Shown here: in pieces, positions 1-8,418 of the stretch
Layout: every line of letters begins with the position of its first letter
Position numbering within the stretch: position 1 is the first letter of the stretch
Source of the DNA: a virus
Lineage: Duplodnaviria; Caudoviricetes
Reading direction: 5' to 3' (one strand)
Virus record (IMG/VR): IMGVR_UViG_3300048856_000094
Span: 1-41,359 of that record
Length of the DNA stretch: 41,359 nt
Translations under genes and position numbers: made by a program
The notes under the pieces: model-generated
Database searches by the model: none
What the model was told of the DNA's origin: nothing
Seen by the model: only the letters and a program-made list of their open reading frames with translations

Positions 1-309
1 ATGGCCCGATCATCCCCCCTGCCCGTGCCGGCCAGCGAGCGCGATGCCCTGCTCGCCAGCCCCCTCAACACCCTGATCACGACTGCCCTGGTCGCGCACT
101 GCGGCGATCCCTGTTGCCCGCCGCCCAGACCAATCCCCGTGGCGGATGTGCTGCGGGCTCGTGGCAACCGCCCCTTGGCGCATGTGCTTGGCGGCCTCTT
201 CTGCACGGCCTGCGGTTCCCCCGCCCAGGTTGTCTCCCTCCGGGCTGACTGCCCGGGAGGCTGGATCATCCAGCCGGTCGTGGTCGCTGAGCAGCGCGCG
301 GTGCCGTGA
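1..309 (+). CDS. Small Cys-rich putative zinc-ribbon protein
   Basis: HCGDPCC...FCTACG cysteine pairs; GTGA overlap with the next gene. Confidence 0.7.
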   Translation: MARSSPLPVPASERDALLASPLNTLITTALVAHCGDPCCPPPRPIPVADVLRARGNRPLAHVLGGLFCTACGSPAQVVSLRADCPGGWIIQPVVVAEQRAVP

Positions 310-554
310 ATGCAGCGAACATGGGGCAGCCGCGCCCCAGCGACCCGCTCTGGTATCGTGAGGATTGGACGCTGGTTGTCCGGTGCAGCGCTGGTGGCTG
401 TGGCCACAGTGCGGAAAAGCCCGTCTCGGAGTGGGCAGCCCTCCACGGTCTCGATACCCGGATGAAAATCTGGGAGGTGCTGGAGCGGATGAAGTGCTCG
501 GCCTGTGGGGCCAAGGCACCTCAGGCGGACCTGAAGCCAACAAGAACGCCATAA
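306..554 (+). CDS. Small zinc-ribbon protein (start 306 or 321)
   Basis: RCSAGGCGH...MKCSACG (Cx4C/Cx2C); coupled to the upstream gene. Confidence 0.75.
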   Translation: MNAANMGQPRPSDPLWYREDWTLVVRCSAGGCGHSAEKPVSEWAALHGLDTRMKIWEVLERMKCSACGAKAPQADLKPTRTP

Positions 555-567
555 GTATCGCTGGGAA

Positions 568-609
568 GTAGGACATTTTAGCCTATACGATCAGGCTAAA
601 ATGTCCTAC
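568..609. promoter_or_regulatory. Perfect 17-bp inverted repeat (two operator-like arms) overlapping a probable + strand promoter
   Basis: GTAGGACATTTTAGCCT-ATACGATC-AGGCTAAAATGTCCTAC. Each arm is itself (T/C)AGG-N9-CCTA. Weak TATACG-17-TACAAC promoter overlaps it. Confidence 0.7.
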
Positions 610-660
610 AACACTCCTGCCGGTGGCTAGAGCCGGTAACCCGGAACGGAGGAAGTGAAG

Positions 661-735
661 ATGAGCTTCACCATCACGTTTCAGACCAAAAGGTGGGGGA
701 CGGTGACCATCACAATCACCGTCCACCTGATCTAG
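661..735 (+). CDS. 24-aa peptide MSFTITFQTKRWGTVTITITVHLI (not in ORF track)
   Basis: GGAGG at 648-652, 8 nt before ATG; alternating hydrophobic/Thr pattern typical of a beta-hairpin. Confidence 0.6.
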   Translation: MSFTITFQTKRWGTVTITITVHLI

Positions 736-745
736 CGGTCTGAAA

Positions 746-773
746 GGAGGGGGCCGGTGCAACGGCCTCCTCC
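746..773 (+). other. 11-bp RNA stem-loop downstream of the peptide ORF
   Basis: GGAGGGGGCCG-GTGCAA-CGGCCTCCTCC; no U-tract. Confidence 0.65.
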
Positions 774-814
774 ACCGGGTTCTACCCTAAGCATCGGGAC
801 AGGAGGTTTCAAGG

Positions 815-991
815 ATGGCTTACGCTGGAACGATCCAGCCGCCCCGGGCCCGCATTCCGCGTCTCGGTTTCCAGATCAAGGTGACGCGGGAGAAAGGTGG
901 CGGCGGTGAGCCTGACCCTGAGGATAAGCGCGGCCCACTGCGCCGGCTTTGGGACGCCCTGCGCAATCTGGTGAAGGTGCGGGTGCGATGA
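815..991 (+). CDS. 58-aa basic hypothetical protein MAYAGTIQ...LVKVRVR (not in ORF track)
   Basis: AGGAGG at 801-806; ATGA overlap with the next gene. Confidence 0.65.
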   Translation: MAYAGTIQPPRARIPRLGFQIKVTREKGGGGEPDPEDKRGPLRRLWDALRNLVKVRVR

Positions 992-1242
992 GGCCCACCG
1001 TTGAGCCGAAAGAAAAGGCAGAGAGCGGCGTCCGCTTCTCTGCCGCTCTGGAGGAACTGGGCCACACTCAGGCGTCGTTTGTCCGTTGGCTCATGGAGAA
1101 TGGCGACCCGCGTGGTCTTGCCACGCTGCAACGCTATGTGGGCCGGATGGTGCGGGGCGAAGCTGCCGCCAGCGGCGAGATGTGGGTGCTGCTGGAATTA
1201 CTGAAGCGGCAGAAGGCGGACGCAGCCGCTACGCCCGACTAG
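988..1242 (+). CDS. Small XRE/Cro-like HTH DNA-binding protein
   Basis: FSAALEELGHTQASFVRWL...YVGRMVRGE...MWVLLELL pattern; ATG at 988 coupled to the upstream stop. Confidence 0.7.
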   Translation: MRPTVEPKEKAESGVRFSAALEELGHTQASFVRWLMENGDPRGLATLQRYVGRMVRGEAAASGEMWVLLELLKRQKADAAATPD

Positions 1243-1297
1243 CGGCAGCAACACGAAGCCCGCATTGGCGCCCTCCAGACGTATAGCACAGCCGCCG

Positions 1298-1735
1298 TCA
1301 GCCCTGGCGCATCATCTCGGCCATGCGGGCGGCGCGGCCGGGCGTCTGCCGCGCCCAGAGGGACGCCAGCATGCCCTTGGCGGCCGCCTCGTAATCACCG
1401 CGCTGCACAGCCGCCAACGTGCCCTTGAAGCCCAGGAGGCCGGCGATGCCCATCTGGAAGGCCATGGCCTGCAGCACCACCTGGCGCGCCTCGCTGAGGC
1501 GGGTGGACCAGGGCAGGGCCTTGGCCACCTGGCTGCGCACCTCGGCCAGGTCGTTCTCCAGCAGCACGCGGGCCTCGGCCTCGGTGATGCCCTTGCGATC
1601 GAGGCAGCGGCCGATGCCGATGGTGGGGTGTCCCACCACCGTCATGCCCGGCAGCAGCGGCTTGCCGGTGGCGTCGTCATAGACGGCAAGGCGCAGCCCT
1701 TCCTCGCGCTCCAGGAGCGCGGCGAGCGCGCTCAC
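1298..1735 (-). CDS. Endolysin, T4-lysozyme-like (GH24)
   Basis: EGLRLAVYDD...TIGIGR...MAFQMG...SLWARQTPGRA, all T4L-type motifs. Confidence 0.93.
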   Translation of the reverse strand: MSALAALLEREEGLRLAVYDDATGKPLLPGMTVVGHPTIGIGRCLDRKGITEAEARVLLENDLAEVRSQVAKALPWSTRLSEARQVVLQAMAFQMGIAGLLGFKGTLAAVQRGDYEAAAKGMLASLWARQTPGRAARMAEMMRQG

Positions 1736-1905
1736 TGGCCGTGCTCGGGGAACAGGATCGCCGCGGCCGCCGCGAGAGCAACGCCCAGATCAACGGCGAC
1801 GTTCCACGCTTCGGGGGCGATGTTGACGCCGGCAATGGACAAGAGGGCGGCGATGCCAGCCCAGGTCGAGCGCTCGCGCAGGCGCGCGGCGATCTGCTTC
1901 ACCAT
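1732..1905 (-). CDS. Small 2-TM holin (57 aa)
   Basis: MVKQIAARLRERSTWAGIAALL...; GGAGG RBS; overlaps the endolysin start. Confidence 0.75.
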   Translation of the reverse strand: MVKQIAARLRERSTWAGIAALLSIAGVNIAPEAWNVAVDLGVALAAAAAILFPEHGQ

Positions 1906-1985
1906 GGTAGCCTCCAGGTTGTGTGGGTGCGCGGCGTGACCCGGCCGCGCGCGGGAAGAAGAGCGTTCGCGCGTGTGCGAACAGC

Positions 1986-2300
1986 TCAGGGCTTGGTGCG
2001 GCGGATCTGCGGCACCAGCGTCTCCAGCAGCGGCTCCAGCCGCTCGGGCCCGTAGCGGCCCAGCAGCGCGATCAGCACCACAGCACCGCCGCCTTGCAGG
2101 CTCATCCAGTCGGCCAGGCCCCAGCCCATCAGGCCGAGTGCTGCGGTGACCGGCACCTCCCAGACCAAGGTCCAAAGGATGGCGTGCAGCGTCAGGCCAC
2201 GGCGCGCGGCGCGCAGCATCAGGGTGAAGCGGCCGGCGGCCGCCGCGGCGATGGCCATCAGCAGGTCATCCAGTGCGGGAGGGGGATCGAACATCGGCAT
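1986..2300 (-). CDS. Holin-like membrane protein (LydA-like, 3 TM)
   Basis: Hydrophobic segments with WEVPV...G.MG.GL...LLG.YGP; GAGGA RBS; position before the lysis genes. Confidence 0.65.
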   Translation of the reverse strand: MPMFDPPPALDDLLMAIAAAAAGRFTLMLRAARRGLTLHAILWTLVWEVPVTAALGLMGWGLADWMSLQGGGAVVLIALLGRYGPERLEPLLETLVPQIRRTKP

Positions 2301-2463
2301 GCGTGGTCCTCGCCCGGCGCACCGGGTCGATACGGGCTGGGGAGAGGCCACTGGATGGTGCTGGCGCTGCCCGGCCGCGGCGGAATGCCGTGCCGCAGCC
2401 GGGGCCGTCCATACGAGTGAGCCGGAGTGCAGGAGGTCGATGCGCCGAGGGGCTATTCGCCCG

Positions 2464-5400
2464 TCAGGCGCGCATCAGCAGGTCCGCGAGCATGTAGCCT
2501 TCGCCCACATAACCAGCGGCATTGGGATGCACGAGATCGGCGCCGCCGGCGTACAGCCCCATCGCGAGGCCGGCGTCGTAGCTGCCGCCGAAAACGTCGC
2601 GAAGGTTGATCACGGGGCAGCCGTTCCTCAAGCCAGCATCGAGGATGATGCTGGTGAGCTGGTCCTGCGTCACCTGAGACCGCCGCGCCAAGGCGGAAGG
2701 GTTGGGGATTTGCAGGACCACATCACTGGTTTGCTTCAGGCTCGCGATGCCGGCCTGAAGGGCGGCGGCAGTGGTGCCGTTCGCGATTTCGGTGGCCGTG
2801 TCATTCAGGCCGGTTTCCAGGACCACCAGATCAGGGGCAATCGTTTTGATGGCGTTGAGCGGATACCCGACCTGAGTGTCTGTGATCCCGGCTTCGAGAA
2901 TCTCGGTGGTCTTGCCGCCGCCGTGCCCGAAATTGTGGATGCGGACGCTCTTGGCGTCTTTGTTGTACGCCTCCAGGCCATGGAAGCCGGCCGCGTTGCC
3001 GCTGATGTATTTCAGGCCGAGGGTGTGCGTGCCCAGCCCGCCGGGGCAGGCGATCTCCGTGCCCACGAACGCCACCGGAGAAGACTTGGTGTTGAGGCGC
3101 TGGACTTCGGCGCCATCCACGAAAATGGCGATTACCCGGTCGGACCCATACCAGACATTCCACCACTTGAAATGCGAGACAGGGACAGTCGGGGTCCACT
3201 CGAACATGCCGCCAGCAGTGGTTTGCTGCCAAGCATCGCCGCCTAGCGCGCCGCTGGATGCGGTCGCCCAGCCGGCGCCGATCACCACTTCCGGCCCCAG
3301 CACGGCTGCCGTCTGGCTCGGCGTAAAGCCGCTGTCACCCCAGATGTTTTGCAGCGTCGTGCTCAGGCCGAGAGCGTTGAGCCTTTCTGCCGCACGGGCT
3401 GGGGCGGAGCGGCGCCGCGCACGGTCGTATAGGTCATTGATGCCTGCGCCACAGCCAGCCACGGTGCTGTTGCCCATGAGGCCTACCACTGCATCCCCGA
3501 GACCGGCCATCACGCGGTTGCGTGCCGCGCGCCACCGCAAGAGGAAATTCGGGTTGTAGTTCAGGATGCCAGGGATGCTGTTGCGCGGGCTGGCCCAGCG
3601 GCTGCCGTTCCACTCGTAGCGCCCCGGCCCGGACTCGCCCCAGCCCGTCGCAGACCCCGACACGGCGCTGCTGTAGGCCGCCTGGCCAACCACCGGATCA
3701 GCCGGCTCTGTGGCGGCCGGGAGCATGATGGTGGACTTGGCCGCCACGCTCTTCCACGGCCACGCGACGGTGCCGAGATCCTGCCCGCCGTTGGTGTTGG
3801 GGCGGAAGGTTCCGTCACCCGTCACCCGCACGGAATAGTTCAGGCCCGTGGCGGAGATGGAATAGAGCGTGATGCCGCCCGGGTTGCTGCCATCCTGCAG
3901 CGCGCCGATGTTGATGCCGGCGCCATTGGACAGCGCCTGCCCGGATGCGCGCAGCGCCAGGTAGCGATCGGCGCCGCTGTTGCGCGCGGCGATGGTCGGG
4001 CGCACCGCGTCGTCCGGGCCACCCGGCGTGCCAAAGTCGAGCAGCGTGGTGAACAGCTGCAGCCGGCGATCGGCAGAGCCGATCTTGTAGTTGCCGCTGC
4101 TGCCGTTCGGCAGGAACTCGCCGGCATTGTTGAAGTGCCAGCTCCAGTTCGAGCCATCAGGGCCGGTGGTGTAGAGCGAGATGCCACCCGGATTGCTGCC
4201 GCCGGCGTCGCGGGCGTGGAAATTGGCGCCCGCGCCCTGCGCCAGAGACCCGCCAAGTCCTCGAATGCCGAGATACTTGTCGTCACCCTGATAGCGGGCC
4301 ACAACAGAACCGAACTCGCCGGGCCGCGCACCCTCGCGCTGGTCATAGATTTGCAGCGCGTTCTGGTAATAGTTGAGGGCCAGCAAGTAGCCCTCCAGCT
4401 GCTCGGAATACGCCGCCAGAGACCAGCCCGACCCATAGGGGAAGGTGTCCTTGATCGAGCCGCGCCCGGTCGCCCGCTGCGCGCCGTTGATGGCGGCGGT
4501 GCGGCCGCTCTCCAGCGGCTGCTCGCCCGCCTCGCCGCGCGCCGGGTGGAAGGCATACAAATGGCTCAGGCGGTGCGTGTTGTAGCCGAGGCTGTAGTCC
4601 GCGCGGCTGGCATCCCAGGCACCATCCGTCGCCGGGCGCCGGGTCTTGACCCAATACTGCGCATCCATCGGGCTGATGCCGGCAGCGGGCTTGCGATAGC
4701 AGGCCCAATTCGATCCGGCATAGCTGACAATGGAGCCGCCATCGGCCCAGAATTCCGTGTAGATACCAGCAACATCGCCGTCGATGATGGCGAGGCCTTC
4801 GGCTTCGAACCAGCCCGGGTTGCCGTAGTTGGGATGCCCCAGCAGCTGGTCCTTGGTGTAGAGCGCGCGGGCATCGTCCGTGCGCAGGCGGCGCAGCAGC
4901 GTGCCATCCATGGTCCAGATTTCGAGGATGTGCTGCCCGAAAGCCGGGAAGAACCCGCGCTGGAGGTAGATGTGCTCCCCATCCGTGGTGATGCCCTGGA
5001 TGAAGTTGGTCTGATCGTCACCCGGGGGGTTGTCGATCCACATCAGCAGCGGCCGCGCGTCCAGGGGATCGGCCAGGGCTTCCACGGCGGCGCGGTCATA
5101 GACAAAGACCGCCGTGGAAGGGTCGTCGCCGGGCGCCACGCCAAACGGCGCGTTCCGCTCCTGATAGGCCGTGCCCATCACGAGGTATTTGCCATCCGGC
5201 GACATGCCGATGGAGGCGCCGGCGAAGGCTTCAAAGGGGTGCCCGCTGCCGGTGTAGCCCCAGAGCCGGTAGTTCTTCACATCGGCCTGCGACGTGTCGC
5301 CGCCGCGCCACTTGACCTTGGCGAAGCCCTTCTCGGCCTGGCGCTCTTCAAAGCCGGGCTCGGTGGTGCAGGTCGTGTAGAGCCAGACCTGGCCGCTGGC

Positions 5401-6057
5401 ATCGAGCACCGCGCCGAGCCCGGCGCCGTGGCCGATCTTCATCTCCTGCGAGTAGGCGACCAGCACGGTGGTGCCGTCTTCCCGCCACTCGAATTCCATG
5501 ATGCGGCAGGTCTCATTGGCGAGGAACGTGCCGCCACTGACCACCTTGGTGAGGAACAGGCGGCGCTTCTTGCCGTCATTCAGGTAGGCGATGGATTGAG
5601 GGGCGCCGCCGGAATTCGGAAAGATCTGGGTATCGGTGGTGCGGCCCTTCATGCCGAGGTCGATGGCCGTGAGATGGCGCTGCACATAGCGGGGCCGCAG
5701 CGGCCGGAAGGGGGCGACTTCCGCCTGCACATCGCGGACCCGTGCCGCGTCTCCGGGCGCCACCGGCGCAGCCAGGCGCAGCGGGCCCGTCATCGGCTTG
5801 GAGCCATCGGCCAGGATGCCAACGGAATCCAGCACCCCCTTGGCCACCAGCTTGGTGGCGTCGAGGTTGGCGGCCTTCAGGTCGGCCCAGGTGGCGACAT
5901 AGGCGGTGCCATCCACCACCAGGGTCAGCAGCGCATCATCCTGCGGCGCCCGCTTGGCCAGCTTGTGCATGAAGCGGGCGCGCGCCACGGCGCCTTGCGG
6001 CAGATACAGGATCTCGCCCGCCGGCGTGGCCAGCGGCAGATCGGCAGTGTCAGACAT
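2464..6057 (-). CDS. Large tailspike/receptor-binding protein: N-terminal beta-propeller-like region, internal repeat, C-terminal SGNH/GDSL esterase
   Basis: SGNH blocks GNS, NFGHGG, TGLND and DLVHPN; QSIAY/GHG/QGI/EAEGL propeller-like motifs; follows the tail fibre genes. Confidence 0.75.
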   Translation of the reverse strand: MSDTADLPLATPAGEILYLPQGAVARARFMHKLAKRAPQDDALLTLVVDGTAYVATWADLKAANLDATKLVAKGVLDSVGILADGSKPMTGPLRLAAPVAPGDAARVRDVQAEVAPFRPLRPRYVQRHLTAIDLGMKGRTTDTQIFPNSGGAPQSIAYLNDGKKRRLFLTKVVSGGTFLANETCRIMEFEWREDGTTVLVAYSQEMKIGHGAGLGAVLDASGQVWLYTTCTTEPGFEERQAEKGFAKVKWRGGDTSQADVKNYRLWGYTGSGHPFEAFAGASIGMSPDGKYLVMGTAYQERNAPFGVAPGDDPSTAVFVYDRAAVEALADPLDARPLLMWIDNPPGDDQTNFIQGITTDGEHIYLQRGFFPAFGQHILEIWTMDGTLLRRLRTDDARALYTKDQLLGHPNYGNPGWFEAEGLAIIDGDVAGIYTEFWADGGSIVSYAGSNWACYRKPAAGISPMDAQYWVKTRRPATDGAWDASRADYSLGYNTHRLSHLYAFHPARGEAGEQPLESGRTAAINGAQRATGRGSIKDTFPYGSGWSLAAYSEQLEGYLLALNYYQNALQIYDQREGARPGEFGSVVARYQGDDKYLGIRGLGGSLAQGAGANFHARDAGGSNPGGISLYTTGPDGSNWSWHFNNAGEFLPNGSSGNYKIGSADRRLQLFTTLLDFGTPGGPDDAVRPTIAARNSGADRYLALRASGQALSNGAGINIGALQDGSNPGGITLYSISATGLNYSVRVTGDGTFRPNTNGGQDLGTVAWPWKSVAAKSTIMLPAATEPADPVVGQAAYSSAVSGSATGWGESGPGRYEWNGSRWASPRNSIPGILNYNPNFLLRWRAARNRVMAGLGDAVVGLMGNSTVAGCGAGINDLYDRARRRSAPARAAERLNALGLSTTLQNIWGDSGFTPSQTAAVLGPEVVIGAGWATASSGALGGDAWQQTTAGGMFEWTPTVPVSHFKWWNVWYGSDRVIAIFVDGAEVQRLNTKSSPVAFVGTEIACPGGLGTHTLGLKYISGNAAGFHGLEAYNKDAKSVRIHNFGHGGGKTTEILEAGITDTQVGYPLNAIKTIAPDLVVLETGLNDTATEIANGTTAAALQAGIASLKQTSDVVLQIPNPSALARRSQVTQDQLTSIILDAGLRNGCPVINLRDVFGGSYDAGLAMGLYAGGADLVHPNAAGYVGEGYMLADLLMRA

Positions 6058-6071
6058 ATCGGGTGGCTCCG

Positions 6072-6416
6072 TCAGGCGATCGCGTCGAAGAGCAGGCGGG
6101 TGGCGGCGCAGCGCGGGCTGAGGATCTCGGCCTGGATGGTCCAGGCGCCGGCCGTGTCCAGCAGGAGATCGAGCGCAAAGACGCCAGGCCGGATCTCCGG
6201 CGGCTCCGTTTGCGCGAAGGCGTCATCCGCTGCGCCGGGACGATCAATGGTGAGGGTGATGCCGCCGGCGCCGGTGATCGGCGCGCCGGTCTCCACATTG
6301 GTCAGCGTCAGGAGGACGCGGATGCCGTCGCCCTGCCAGAAGCGCGGGCGCGGGACATCCTCGCGGCCGGCGATGCTCAGCCGCGCCTGCACGGCGGGCG
6401 GATAGGTGCCGCTCAT
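6072..6416 (-). CDS. Hypothetical beta-rich tail-associated protein
   Basis: GGAGG RBS; in the tail operon; Ig-like alternating pattern. Confidence 0.65.
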   Translation of the reverse strand: MSGTYPPAVQARLSIAGREDVPRPRFWQGDGIRVLLTLTNVETGAPITGAGGITLTIDRPGAADDAFAQTEPPEIRPGVFALDLLLDTAGAWTIQAEILSPRCAATRLLFDAIA

Positions 6417-6508
6417 GCGGTGCCTCCAACGGGGATCGCCGCAGCGCCTCGCGGCCTGCGGTGATGATGTTCAGGGTGTGGAGCGGCCTGGCGCGGCCGG
6501 GGTCTCTG

Positions 6509-6976
6509 CTAGGGCAGCGGCGCCGTGGAGAGCAGCTGCTCGGCGCGCTGCGGCGTGATCAGCTTCAGGTCCACCAGCAGCGCCACGCCGGCGAGCAGAT
6601 CGGGGTGGTTCAGGTCCACGATGTTGCCCGCGGCGTTCAGGTCATCCACGAAGACCTGCAGCGTGGGGTCCTCGGCGTCCAGCGCCTTGCTCGCCGCCAG
6701 CGTGATGGCGCCGCGCTCCGCCCGCGTGAAGCGCTCGCGGAAGGTCCGGGCCGTGACCACCGTCACCGGGACCAGCTCGGGTGCGGCGACGATCGGCGCG
6801 CTGAAGTTGGTGCCGTTGAAAATCCAGCCAGGCTGCACCGCCTCGACATCGCTGCTCTGCAGCTCATGGCAGGTGGCGGCGATGGCAGGATGGAACATTT
6901 CCTCGATGGCGAGGCCTTCCGGCGGCACGATGATCTCCGCCACGCGACCGTCAACGATCCGTGCAAAACGGGACAT
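6509..6976 (-). CDS. Tail fibre assembly/accessory protein
   Basis: FARIVDGRVAEI...VQPGW and LITPQRAEQLL motifs; directly after the fibre gene. Confidence 0.7.
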   Translation of the reverse strand: MSRFARIVDGRVAEIIVPPEGLAIEEMFHPAIAATCHELQSSDVEAVQPGWIFNGTNFSAPIVAAPELVPVTVVTARTFRERFTRAERGAITLAASKALDAEDPTLQVFVDDLNAAGNIVDLNHPDLLAGVALLVDLKLITPQRAEQLLSTAPLP

Positions 6977-6978
6977 GC

Positions 6979-7806
6979 TCAATACTCCACGATAATGAGG
7001 CCGTCCGCGCCGCGGCCGCCGGCGCCGCCGATCGCGCCGCCACTACCACCACAGCCCGGCGATCCACCGGCATGTCCGGCCGCCACGCCGATGTTCGGGC
7101 CCGCTTTGGTGCCGCACCAGGCGGCACCACCGAAGCCGCCGCCCAAGACGCCGCTCGAATAGGTCTGACCAAGACCACCGCCGGAGCCATGCACCTGGAA
7201 CTGGCCGCCCACGGCCGTGCCACCTGGGCCGCCGGTGCTGGCCACGCCCCCATTGGCCCCGATACCCCCGACGCCGCCGCCGGCCGACAGCAGCGCGCCA
7301 AAGCCGCTCGCGCCGCCACTGCCACCGTTTCCAGCATTCGTATCGCCAGAAGCACCGCCGCTGCCCACGGTGGCATTGAAGCTCTGCCCCGGCGTCACGT
7401 CGAAGATGCCTTCCGCGTAGCCACCCGCACCGCCGCCGGATGCGGCGGAGTTGCCGCCATAGGTGCCGCCGCCGCCGCCGCCTGCGCCCCAGAGCCGCAC
7501 CCGGATCCGCGTTACGCCGGCGGGCACCGTATAGGTGCCGGAGGCCGCGAAGTATGTGGAGCGCGGCGCAAACATCGCGCGCAGCGCCGCCAGGACCTGG
7601 CTCCAGTCGTTGCGGTTGGGGGTCAGGCCCGCCGCCAGGATGATGCTGAGCAGCTCTTCCTGGATCGGGTTGAATTCATCGGCGCCAAAGATCGAGGATT
7701 CCTGGCCGGCGGCCGGGTCGCCATTGGTGCCGTAGCCTGGCGTGCCGATGGCAGCCGCCAGGGCCGGCTTCGCAGAGACCTGCGTGCCGTTCGCGATGCG
7801 TTGCAT
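6979..7806 (-). CDS. Gly-rich tail fibre protein
   Basis: Mu-type fibre N-terminus (FNPIQEELLSII.AAGL.P) plus glycine-rich domain (YTVPAGVTRIRVRLWGAGGGG). Confidence 0.85.
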   Translation of the reverse strand: MQRIANGTQVSAKPALAAAIGTPGYGTNGDPAAGQESSIFGADEFNPIQEELLSIILAAGLTPNRNDWSQVLAALRAMFAPRSTYFAASGTYTVPAGVTRIRVRLWGAGGGGGGTYGGNSAASGGGAGGYAEGIFDVTPGQSFNATVGSGGASGDTNAGNGGSGGASGFGALLSAGGGVGGIGANGGVASTGGPGGTAVGGQFQVHGSGGGLGQTYSSGVLGGGFGGAAWCGTKAGPNIGVAAGHAGGSPGCGGSGGAIGGAGGRGADGLIIVEY

Positions 7807-7815
7807 GGGGGGTCC

Positions 7816-8415
7816 TCAGACGTACTGGAACAGCAGGATGGTGTGGGCGGGTGCGATGGAGCGCAGCTCGCACTCCAGCACCGCATTGCCCCAGGATCGG
7901 AAGCGCTCACCGAGGCCGCTCTGGCCCATGCGGAAGGGCCGCACGGTGGTGGCTGGCGCGCGGATGGCCCAGACATGCGCCCAGGCCGCGTGGCGCATGC
8001 GGTCGCCCATCCGCATCGTGCCCATGCGAGAGGGCGCGTATTGGCGGATGCTGACCGTGTAGCCGAGTTGGGCGGCCCGCTCGATGAAGTAGGCGGGTGA
8101 CTGGCCGCCGCGCGCCGTCAGGCGGGCGACCACCTGGCCGCGCCGCTGCTGCAGCGAGGGAGCGGGGCCGGCGCAGGGGTCGGGCAGGCCCAGCGCCGCT
8201 TCCCATTCGGGCAGCAGCTCATAGGCGGTGGCCGGAAAGGCATCCACCAGCAGGGCATCGGCGCGGGCGCGCAGTCGCGCGGCGGTGACCGCGACGCCCT
8301 GCAGGATCTGGCCGAGCGCGCTGCCTTGCTCGCGCGGCCAGACTTCGCCGGTGGGCAGCAGCGCCTGCAGCGCCCCGTGCAGATCGGCCGCCGTGCGTTC
8401 AGGAGGGCTCGGCAT
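7816..8415 (-). CDS. Baseplate protein, Mu gp48/YmfQ (DUF2313)-like
   Basis: LQALLP.G.VWP, ELLPEWE..LGLPD.C, LEC.L...PAHT motifs. Confidence 0.9.
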   Translation of the reverse strand: MPSPPERTAADLHGALQALLPTGEVWPREQGSALGQILQGVAVTAARLRARADALLVDAFPATAYELLPEWEAALGLPDPCAGPAPSLQQRRGQVVARLTARGGQSPAYFIERAAQLGYTVSIRQYAPSRMGTMRMGDRMRHAAWAHVWAIRAPATTVRPFRMGQSGLGERFRSWGNAVLECELRSIAPAHTILLFQYV

Positions 8416-8418
8416 GTC

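Noticed and set aside
568-609. Inverted repeat as a protelomerase telRL hairpin-telomere site
   Set aside because: The centre is asymmetric and no protelomerase or tyrosine recombinase is visible; the operator reading fits better.
3750-4280. Tailspike internal repeat as a DGR template/variable pair
   Set aside because: Similarity is at protein level, not adenine-specific, and there is no reverse transcriptase in the window.
6509-7806. Invertible tail-fibre cassette driven by a serine recombinase
   Set aside because: No second inverted fibre copy or flanking inverted sites seen, and both recombinases are far away.
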